Positions 9,745 to 16,717 of a stretch of DNA of 64,000 nucleotides are shown here, piece by piece. The DNA is from Kiritimatiellia bacterium. GTDB lineage: Bacteria > Verrucomicrobiota > Kiritimatiellia > B70-G9. Numbering within the stretch: the first letter of the stretch is position 1; every line of letters starts with the position of its first letter. The notes below the pieces were generated by a model that saw only the letters and a program-made list of their open reading frames with translations, was not told the origin of the DNA and ran no database searches. Where the stretch lies: assembly GCA_029934055.1 (NCBI GenBank), contig JAOZMZ010000001.1, positions 7,704 through 71,703 on the forward strand, written 5' to 3'. A program made the translations under genes and the position numbers.

Positions 9745-10793
9745 CCTGATCTATTGAGCGGCGGCCAGTCCAGAATCAGGGATTCCCGGCACCAGAGATC
9801 TTTCAGCGACGCCGTGCCGAGAAGAAACATTGCCGTACGGAACTCACGTTCGATTTTGCGTATCAGGTCTACGACGGCGCGGGTGGATTCCATTGCCGGA
9901 CGCAGGAAGGGCATGGCCATTCCGCAGGCACGCGCGCCCAGGATGACGGCGCGCGCCATATCAATACCGGTGCGGACGCCGCCGGAGGCGATCAGGGTCG
10001 TTTTCTCGCGCCAGGGTCTCAGCCGGAGGAGTGCCAACGGCGTCGGAATTCCCCAGTCGCGGAAGATCAGCCCGATATCATGGGCATCGCCGCCGTTGTG
10101 GCGCATGTGTTCGATCATGCTCCACGACGTACCCCCGGCGCCGGCGACATCGAAGCCTTGGATGCCGCAGTGAAGCAGGCGGCGGACGTCGTCGCTGTCC
10201 AGGCCTGCTCCGACTTCCTTGATGAGAACCGGCGCATCCAATTGCGCGGTGGTTTGTTCGATTTTCCGGAGAAGTCCGGAAAAGTGCGTATCACCCTCGG
10301 GCTGGATGGCTTCCTGAAGAGGATTGAGATGCAGGAAGAGGGCGTCGGCTTCGGCCGCCTGCACGGCGTCGCGGCAATTGCTCGCGGTGAACCCGTGGTT
10401 GAGCTGGACGGCCCCGAGGTTGGCGAACAGCAGGATATCGGGAGCGAACCGCCGGACGGCGAAACTTTCACGGGCGCGTGGCTGGGTGAACATGACCCTT
10501 TGAGAGCCGAGCGCCAAGGCGATTCCGGTTTCCTGGGCGGCTTCGGCCAGGTGCCGATTTATCCGGGCCATTTCTTCGGTGCCGCCGCCGGTCATGGATG
10601 AGATGATCAGGGGCAACCGGAGACGCCTGCCGAGAATTTCTGCGGAGGTATCCACCTTGTCGAGGTCGAGTTCGGGGAGGGCGTGGTGGCGGAGAGTGAT
10701 TTCATCGAAGTAACCCCGAGCCCGGTCGACATCGGGATGGTTGGCCGCTATGGCGACATGCTGACTCTTACGTTTATCGGTGGAATCATTCAT
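9741..10793 (-). CDS. fni: Type 2 (FMN-dependent) isopentenyl-diphosphate isomerase
   Basis: MNDSTDKRKSQHV..., LPLIISSMTGGG, GGTSW and SGGVRTG motifs. The start at 10793 overlaps the HMGR stop (ATGA at 10790-10793). The 54-codon extension in the track ORF is rejected. Confidence 0.9.
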   Translation of the reverse strand: MNDSTDKRKSQHVAIAANHPDVDRARGYFDEITLRHHALPELDLDKVDTSAEILGRRLRLPLIISSMTGGGTEEMARINRHLAEAAQETGIALALGSQRVMFTQPRARESFAVRRFAPDILLFANLGAVQLNHGFTASNCRDAVQAAEADALFLHLNPLQEAIQPEGDTHFSGLLRKIEQTTAQLDAPVLIKEVGAGLDSDDVRRLLHCGIQGFDVAGAGGTSWSMIEHMRHNGGDAHDIGLIFRDWGIPTPLALLRLRPWREKTTLIASGGVRTGIDMARAVILGARACGMAMPFLRPAMESTRAVVDLIRKIEREFRTAMFLLGTASLKDLWCRESLILDWPPLNRSG

Positions 10794-11869
10794 CTTGTGT
10801 CGTCGCGGCCGCGTTCGAGCCGCGTGTGAGCCCGCATGAGTTCTCCGGGATTGGTCTGGGCTGCAAGCAGGGAGAGTTCTCCGCACCAGACCGCGGCGGC
10901 GGCGAGGACCGCCAGGCGCCGGGCGTTTTCGCCGGAGGGGCGTTCCGCCAGGCAACCGAGGCGTTCGAGGTTGGCCTGCACGAAGTCGAAATGCTTGCCG
11001 CTGCCCACCGTGCCGACGATGAGATTGGGAAGCGTGACCGAGAAGTAGAGGTCCGATCCGCGGAGTTCGGCCCAGGTGAACCCCTGTGATCCCTCGACGA
11101 TGTTGGCGGCATCCTGCCCGGTGGCCAGGTAGAAGGCCAGGAGCATATTGGCGAAATGGGCGTTGGCGGTGCGCACGCCTCCGGCGACTATCGAGCCGAG
11201 GAGATTCTTGCGCATGTTGAGCGCGACGATGGCCTCAGGGCTGGTGTGAAGCTGCCGGCGGCAGAGGTCGTCCGCAATCACGGCGTCCACGATCACACTG
11301 CGGCCGCGCCCGAGGATTCCGTTAACGGCGGAGTTCTTTTTATCCGTACAGTAGTTCCCGGATATGGACAGATACCTCATTTGTGGATACTGCTGCAGTA
11401 TCCAGCTCATTAGGCGGTCGGCGGCTGCGGTTACCATGTTGTGACCGGCGGCATCTCCGGTCGTCATGGCGAGTCGGACGAAAACGATATTGCCGACGAC
11501 TTGGACATGAAAGTCGGCCACGCGGGCGAAACGACTGCCGGACTCGGCGGCCTCCACCAGCGCCGCCCGGCGACGTTGCAGGTCGTTTTCGAAGTCTACG
11601 GCGGCGGTGGCATCGGGTGCCGCCAGCAGAATGGAGCGGGTCATGCGTTCGTCGCGCACAACCGCGTGCAATCCCCCGCAGGCGCGCGAGATGCGCGCCC
11701 CGCGGGCTACTGAGGGCCAGAGCGGTTTTTCGAAGGTCGCCAGGGGGATATGGATTTCCGCCTGGAAAGGAGCGCCTATTTTCACCGGCCCCACCGATCG
11801 CATGGGGATGGCGGCGATTTCGAATCCGGGCTCTTTCGTGTGGATGTTCATTGATGCCTTCGTCGGCAT
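10790..11869 (-). CDS. HMG-CoA reductase, short class-I-like form
   Basis: TGDAAGHNM (compare DAMGMNM), SGNYCTDKKNSAVNGILGRGRSV, GTVGSGKHF and GQDAANIVEGS. An alternative ATG at 11851 has a GAAGG SD-like element upstream. Confidence 0.85.
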   Translation of the reverse strand: MPTKASMNIHTKEPGFEIAAIPMRSVGPVKIGAPFQAEIHIPLATFEKPLWPSVARGARISRACGGLHAVVRDERMTRSILLAAPDATAAVDFENDLQRRRAALVEAAESGSRFARVADFHVQVVGNIVFVRLAMTTGDAAGHNMVTAAADRLMSWILQQYPQMRYLSISGNYCTDKKNSAVNGILGRGRSVIVDAVIADDLCRRQLHTSPEAIVALNMRKNLLGSIVAGGVRTANAHFANMLLAFYLATGQDAANIVEGSQGFTWAELRGSDLYFSVTLPNLIVGTVGSGKHFDFVQANLERLGCLAERPSGENARRLAVLAAAAVWCGELSLLAAQTNPGELMRAHTRLERGRDDTR

Positions 11870-11932
11870 TGATGATCAAGTCATGCCATGCGGCAGGCAA
11901 GAAATATTTGCGTTGAGCTTTACGGCTTCGGG

Positions 11933-12319
11933 TCAGGCGGTCGGGGAGAGGCGCTCGCCGGTCAATGCGCGCAGGAGGATGTCGCGCTTGAAGGGCTTGG
12001 GGATGAATCCGGCGGCTCCCAGGCGTAAGAGGCCTCGGATCCGGGGGGCATCGTAACAGGAGCTCCAGATGTAGACGGGCACCCCGCGGTCGAGGCGGCG
12101 CATTTTCCGGAAGACGATTTCCCCCGACATACCCGGCATTTGCATGTCGAGAAAAACGGAAGCCAGGTTCTGATGGTGCCGGTGGAAGAGTTCGACGGCT
12201 TCTTCGCCGGAGAAGGCGCCGAGGACGTTGTAGCCATAGTGTGCGAGCATGATCGCGGTAATCTTGATGACGGCATGATCGTCATCCACGGCGAGGACGA
12301 GTGACTTGTCGGTATTCAT
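11933..12319 (-). CDS. Single-domain response regulator (CheY-like receiver)
   Basis: Acidic pocket VDDD, phospho-acceptor FLDMQMPGMSG, then SS and KPF positions all present; no output domain. The start overlaps the upstream RHH stop (ATGA-type overlap at 12316-12319). Confidence 0.85.
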   Translation of the reverse strand: MNTDKSLVLAVDDDHAVIKITAIMLAHYGYNVLGAFSGEEAVELFHRHHQNLASVFLDMQMPGMSGEIVFRKMRRLDRGVPVYIWSSCYDAPRIRGLLRLGAAGFIPKPFKRDILLRALTGERLSPTA

Positions 12320-12561
12320 GCTTCGGTCGGTTTACCCGGGTTTGGTGGGGGTTGAGCCGGAAACGCCGTGTTGGGCGAACTTCCCCGGAGGATCAGCGCC
12401 CGGCGTTTTTTTTCGTATTCGGGCAACATACGGCGCAGAGCGAGTTCGACGACCTCGGGCAGGGATAAACCGAGTTGTCCGGCGATTCGCTTCAAACGTT
12501 TGAGAAGTGTGGCCGGAACGGTTACGGTCACACTTCCCTCGTCTGCCGATTTCCGCCCCAT
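12316..12561 (-). CDS. Ribbon-helix-helix (CopG/Arc-like) small DNA-binding protein
   Basis: 81 aa from the internal ATG at 12561: VTVTVPATLLKRLKRIAGQLGLSLPEVVELALRRML fits a beta-strand/helix/helix pattern. The longer 165-aa track ORF runs into the intergenic promoter region and is rejected. Confidence 0.6.
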   Translation of the reverse strand: MGRKSADEGSVTVTVPATLLKRLKRIAGQLGLSLPEVVELALRRMLPEYEKKRRALILRGSSPNTAFPAQPPPNPGKPTEA

Positions 12562-12567
12562 GACGGT

Positions 12568-12590
12568 AATGTATACGTATGCTATACATT
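12568..12590. promoter_or_regulatory. Inverted repeat AATGTATA-N7-TATACATT, candidate operator
   Basis: Perfect 8-bp arms at 12568-12575 and 12583-12590, lying 7-29 nt upstream of the minus-strand RHH start. It overlaps the putative -10 region (TTGCCA ... TATACA on the minus strand). Confidence 0.4.
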
Positions 12591-12772
12591 TGGCAAGCCC
12601 AAAAGAATATTTTTTTGGAAGGCGGAGACCAGAGAGGCGCTCAATGGGTATGTCGAGCGGATGGCGGGGCCCCCTTGGATTGGTTATTCTGCGTGTGTCC
12701 GGGCTGGCGGCGTGAAGGCCGGCGGTTCGTGCATGCCAGGCGTAGTGTGAAAGCGCTACGGTAGGGAGGGCC

Positions 12773-12800
12773 TTGAATCGCGCGGGATACCGTATAGAAT
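12773..12800 (+). promoter_or_regulatory. Sigma70-like promoter abutting the plus-strand RHH start codon
   Basis: TTGAAT (12773-12778), 16-nt spacer, TAGAAT (12795-12800). The ATG at 12807 is only 6 nt downstream and has no SD, which suggests a leaderless mRNA. Confidence 0.4.
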
Positions 12801-12806
12801 GAAGCC

Positions 12807-13094
12807 ATGACAAGAGACTATCCCATTCCGGTACGACTGGACGAAGAATTGCGTGATCGCATTCGACGGGTTGCCCGGCAGCTGGGTATACCGGTCTCGA
12901 CCTTGATGCGCATGGCGGTGAAATTGTTCGTGGATCGGTTTGAGGAGCAGGGCGAGGAGTTTTTGCGGCTCGTTGAGAAGGGATCGCGGACGTCGACTCG
13001 TAAAGGCAGACAGGGGGCGGGGGTTTCGAAAAAAATTGCGGCCGAAGGGCGCGAGAAATACCCGAGAGCAGGGCGGCGGCCCGGAGGTCGGTGA
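12807..13094 (+). CDS. Ribbon-helix-helix (CopG-like) small DNA-binding protein
   Basis: YPIPVRLDEELRDRIRRVARQLGIPVSTLMRMAVKLFVDRF is a canonical RHH pattern; basic tail. Sits 16 nt upstream of the Memo-AMMECR1 gene. Confidence 0.65.
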   Translation: MTRDYPIPVRLDEELRDRIRRVARQLGIPVSTLMRMAVKLFVDRFEEQGEEFLRLVEKGSRTSTRKGRQGAGVSKKIAAEGREKYPRAGRRPGGR

Positions 13095-13110
13095 GCTTTC
13101 GGCGGGAGAA

Positions 13111-14685
13111 ATGACGACGATGAGATTTGGTTCCGGCCTGGTGGCGAAGCTGGCGATGGGGGCGGGATGCGCGCTCTTGGCGTTTTCATGCGGCAGCGGG
13201 TATGCCGAGAAGGGGGCGGCGCCCGAGAATCATGGGGTGCTGGTCTCACCGCTGGCGGGGAGGTGGTATCCGGCCGATGCAAAGGTGTTGCGCAGGATGC
13301 TGGGGGAATACATTGAGAAGGCTTCACCGACCAATGCGGGCGACGTGGTGGCGCTGATCCTGCCGCATGCAGGTTACCGTTATTCGGGGGCGACGGCGGC
13401 ATGGGGGGTGAAGATGGTGGCCGGGCGGAAATTCTCACGGGTGGTGGTCATGGGGCCGACACATCATTTTTCCATGCCGGGAGCGGCAAGCGTCCCGGAT
13501 GTGGCCGCTTACGTGACGCCCCTGGGAGAGGTTCCCCTGGACACGGAAATGATTGCGCGTCTGCGCAAGCATCCCGAATTCGTGTCGCGCCGTGAGGTGC
13601 ATGCGGCGGAACACAGTGTTCAAATTGAGGTGCCGTTGCTGCAGATGGTCTTGGGGAAGTTCAATCTGGTGCCGATCGTCGCCGGCCAGTTTGACATAGC
13701 CGGCGCACGCCGCCTGGCGAAGATCATCCTCTCATGTATGGACGAGAAGACGTTGGTGGTGGCCAGCTCCGACTTTACACATTACGGCCCGAATTACGGC
13801 TACGTGCCGTTTACCGAGAATGTCGCGGAGTCGTTGAGGCGTCTGGACATGGGGGCGTTTGCGTTTATCCGGGCCCTCGACGGGACGGGCCTTCTGGAAT
13901 ACGTGCGGCGTACAGGCGCCACTATTTGCGGCAGATCCCCTATTGCGGTGTTGCTGGAGATGTTGCCGCGCGACGCGACAGCACATTTATTGCATTACGA
14001 TACTTCGGGACGGGAGATGGGCGACTTTCGCAATTCGGTCAGTTATTTGGCGGTTGCCTTCAGCGGCAAATGGCGTATTGAGACTGCAGCGCGGAAACGC
14101 GAGGAGGAGAAGCCGGTGAAATTGAGCGACGACGAAAAGAAGGCCTTGTTGCGCCTGGCGCGGGGCACAATCACCTATTATATGGAAAATGGACGCAAAC
14201 CGGATGTCGCGGACCTCGGGATAACGATCACACCGGCGATGCGTGCGGTGATGGGAGCCTTTGTGACCCTGCACGAAAACGGTCAGTTGCGGGGATGTAT
14301 CGGAGAGATCTTCCCGCGCAGGGCGCTCTACCAGGCGGTGATGGATCGGGCGATAGATGCGGCGGTCCATGACTGGCGGTTCCGTCCCGTGACCAAGGAG
14401 GAGGTTCCCCGTCTTGAAATCGAGATATCGGCATTGACGCCGCCCCACCGTGTCGGCTCGTACCGGGACATTGTTCTCGGACGGCACGGGATAGTGCTTT
14501 ACAAGCACGGGCGCTCGGCGGTGTTTCTGCCGCAGGTCGCCCCGGAACAGGGGTGGGATCTGGCGACGACGCTGGAGCATCTGTCGCTCAAGGCGGGTTT
14601 GGACGCGGAGGCCTGGCGGGAAGGGGCGCAGTTCGACGTTTTCGAGGCGAACGTATTCAGCGAGAAGGAACTGGGCCTGCGCTGA
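13111..14685 (+). CDS. Fusion of a MEMO1-like (AmmeMemoRadiSam protein B) domain and an AMMECR1 (protein A) domain, with an N-terminal signal-like peptide
   Basis: Start ATG at 13111 with GGGAG upstream. The Memo part has ALILPHAGYRYSG, VVVMGPTHH and ASSDFTHYGP. The AMMECR1 part has GAFVTLHENGQLRGCIGEI and SAVFLPQV. The N-terminus MTTMRFGSGLVAKLAMGAGCALLAFSCGSGYA is hydrophobic. Confidence 0.85.
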   Translation: MTTMRFGSGLVAKLAMGAGCALLAFSCGSGYAEKGAAPENHGVLVSPLAGRWYPADAKVLRRMLGEYIEKASPTNAGDVVALILPHAGYRYSGATAAWGVKMVAGRKFSRVVVMGPTHHFSMPGAASVPDVAAYVTPLGEVPLDTEMIARLRKHPEFVSRREVHAAEHSVQIEVPLLQMVLGKFNLVPIVAGQFDIAGARRLAKIILSCMDEKTLVVASSDFTHYGPNYGYVPFTENVAESLRRLDMGAFAFIRALDGTGLLEYVRRTGATICGRSPIAVLLEMLPRDATAHLLHYDTSGREMGDFRNSVSYLAVAFSGKWRIETAARKREEEKPVKLSDDEKKALLRLARGTITYYMENGRKPDVADLGITITPAMRAVMGAFVTLHENGQLRGCIGEIFPRRALYQAVMDRAIDAAVHDWRFRPVTKEEVPRLEIEISALTPPHRVGSYRDIVLGRHGIVLYKHGRSAVFLPQVAPEQGWDLATTLEHLSLKAGLDAEAWREGAQFDVFEANVFSEKELGLR

Positions 14686-15706
14686 CTGCACTTTCTTTTT
14701 CCCCGAGAATTTCCTTGGCGGCGGCGACGACCTGCGCGGGGGTGATGGCACTCATGCAGGGCGGTGTGCCGGGAGCCTTCCGGCAGCGGCGGGAGAAACA
14801 GGGGCGGCAGTCCATATCGGTAGCCGCGAGAACCTTGTGATTGCTTCCCCAGGGTCCGGTTCGGGAAGGGTCGGTGGGCCCGAAAAGGGCGATTACGGGA
14901 ACGCCGCTGGCGGCGGCGGCGTGCATGGGACCGGAATCAACGGAAACGACCAAGTCCATGGCCGCCAACAGGGCGGTCATTTCTTCCGGGGTCGTTTTCC
15001 CGCAGGCATTGGTGATATTGCCTCCGTTGCGGGCGATTTCTTCGCAGAGTGGGTGATCGGCGCTGGAACCGACGATAAAAACATGGGCGTGAAGTTGTGA
15101 CTGTAGGTCCTGGACCGTGCGAATGAAGTTCTGGACAGGCCAGTTTTTGGTCGGCCACCGGGAAGCCGGTACGAGTCCGATGCGCGGCCCCTGAACGGGG
15201 GGGAGTTCGGCAGGGGATAGAGAGAGAGGGAAAAGAATTTCGTTCACGGGAAGGTTTAAGAGGCGGACCATGTCGAGGGCTTCCTCGACCGCGTGGCGGC
15301 GGCCGCGGCTGTCTTGGACGCGCGTGTCGTAGAAGAGGGGGGCGCCTTCGCGGGAGAAGGCGGGACCGATACGTCGCCTTGTCCTTGCGAGGCGGGTCAC
15401 GAGCGCGCTTTTCAGAAGGCCTTGGAAGTCGAAGGCGTAGTCGTATGTGTATGTTCGCAATTCATGCAGGAAAGCCGCAGCCCGGCTGGTGAAGCCACGG
15501 CGGGGGAAGGCGATCACGCGCTGCACGTCACTGAACCGGCCGACCAGTCCGGTGTATTCCGAGTGGACGACCCAGTGTACCTCGGCATGCAGCCTCTCCT
15601 TCAGGATATGGACGGCCGGAAGGGCGTGGAAGAGGTCGCCGAGGGAACTCATCTTGACGACGAGAATCCGCACGTCCGGGGTGGCAACCTGGCGGGGGCT
15701 GTTCAT
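14657..15706 (-). CDS. Glycosyltransferase family 9 (ADP-heptose:LPS heptosyltransferase-like)
   Basis: ILVVKMSSLGDLFHALPAVHILKE at the N-terminus; DSGPMHAAAASGVPVIALFGPT near the C-terminus. Typical of WaaC/WaaF-type enzymes; I cannot tell which. Confidence 0.8.
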   Translation of the reverse strand: MNSPRQVATPDVRILVVKMSSLGDLFHALPAVHILKERLHAEVHWVVHSEYTGLVGRFSDVQRVIAFPRRGFTSRAAAFLHELRTYTYDYAFDFQGLLKSALVTRLARTRRRIGPAFSREGAPLFYDTRVQDSRGRRHAVEEALDMVRLLNLPVNEILFPLSLSPAELPPVQGPRIGLVPASRWPTKNWPVQNFIRTVQDLQSQLHAHVFIVGSSADHPLCEEIARNGGNITNACGKTTPEEMTALLAAMDLVVSVDSGPMHAAAASGVPVIALFGPTDPSRTGPWGSNHKVLAATDMDCRPCFSRRCRKAPGTPPCMSAITPAQVVAAAKEILGEKESAVSAGPVPSR

Positions 15707-16647
15707 GGAGTCTTGCGCCCGCTCTCCTGTACGAGGCGGATCATGATGGCTTTCTGAATATGAAGTCGGTTTTCCGCCTGATCAAACACGACGGATTGTC
15801 GGCCATCAATGACTTCGGCGGTTTGCTCGTAGCCGCGCAAGGCGGGGAGGCAATTCATGAAGACGGCATCAGGGGCGTGTTGCATGAGTTCACTGTTTAC
15901 CTGGAAAGGCATGAGCGCCTTGACGCGCCGGTCGAGCTGTTCCTTGGGAATATGATAGCTCATCCAGGAATCGGTGTAGACCACATCGGCGCCTTGGACG
16001 GCGGCCGTCGGATCGGAGGTGACCTCCACGGTTGCCCCGGTGCGCTCCGCGGCCTGACGGGCGTCGGCGAGGACGTCTTCGGCCGGCATGAATTCTTCCG
16101 TCGGCGGAGAGGCGACGCGGATATTCATTCCGACGCGGGGACAGGCGAACAGAAGCGAGTGGGTGACGTTGTTATGGGCGTCGCCGAAATAGGCCAGGGT
16201 CAGCCCGCGGAGGCCGCCCTTGTGTTCCCGGATGGTCAGCAGGTCTCCGAGGATCTGGCAGGGATGGGCGTAGTTGGTGAGGCCGTTGATAACGGGGATT
16301 TCGGCGTGACGGACCATTTCTTCGATTTTCTCATGTTCGAACAGGCGCGCCATGATCAGGTCCGCGTAACGGCTGACGGTTTTCACGGTATCGTGGATGT
16401 TTTCCTTGCCGGCCCCCAGGGGTGAAGCCGACATGTCGTAGAAAATGGCATGCCCGCCCATTTGAGCCATTCCGGTTTCAAAGGAGACGCGTGTCCGCAG
16501 GCTGGGTTTTTCGAAAATCATCACGAGCACGCGGCGGTGGAGGGCGTCTTGATATTTTTCGGGGGCGGCCTTGATCTTTTGGGCCAGGGCGATAGTGTCG
16601 AGGATCTGTTCCTGCGACCAATCTTTCAGTGTCACCAGATGTAACAT
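15703..16647 (-). CDS. argF: Ornithine carbamoyltransferase family protein with non-canonical substrate-loop motifs
   Basis: FEKPSLRTRVSFE, HPCQILGDLLTI and FDQAENRLH are OTC-like. However DxWxSMG is replaced by DSWMSYH and HCLP by NCLP. Confidence 0.65.
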   Translation of the reverse strand: MLHLVTLKDWSQEQILDTIALAQKIKAAPEKYQDALHRRVLVMIFEKPSLRTRVSFETGMAQMGGHAIFYDMSASPLGAGKENIHDTVKTVSRYADLIMARLFEHEKIEEMVRHAEIPVINGLTNYAHPCQILGDLLTIREHKGGLRGLTLAYFGDAHNNVTHSLLFACPRVGMNIRVASPPTEEFMPAEDVLADARQAAERTGATVEVTSDPTAAVQGADVVYTDSWMSYHIPKEQLDRRVKALMPFQVNSELMQHAPDAVFMNCLPALRGYEQTAEVIDGRQSVVFDQAENRLHIQKAIMIRLVQESGRKTP

Positions 16648-16717
16648 GATTTTCTCCTTTCCGGTAACCGGTCGCGGAGCGCGCCGGCGGACTGTGTCCG
16701 TCCGGCGCGGGCGCGGC

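Noticed and set aside
10794-10955. 54-codon extension of fni. Similar 5' extensions of gmd (39503-39724), the DUF4870-like gene (45631-46095), the RHH gene (12562-12813), the Memo fusion (12940-13110) and the phosphoesterase (50631-50708).
   Set aside because: The extensions overlap upstream genes or promoter regions and are Arg/Pro-rich. They precede internal starts that give canonical N-termini, RBSs or ATGA stop-start overlaps.
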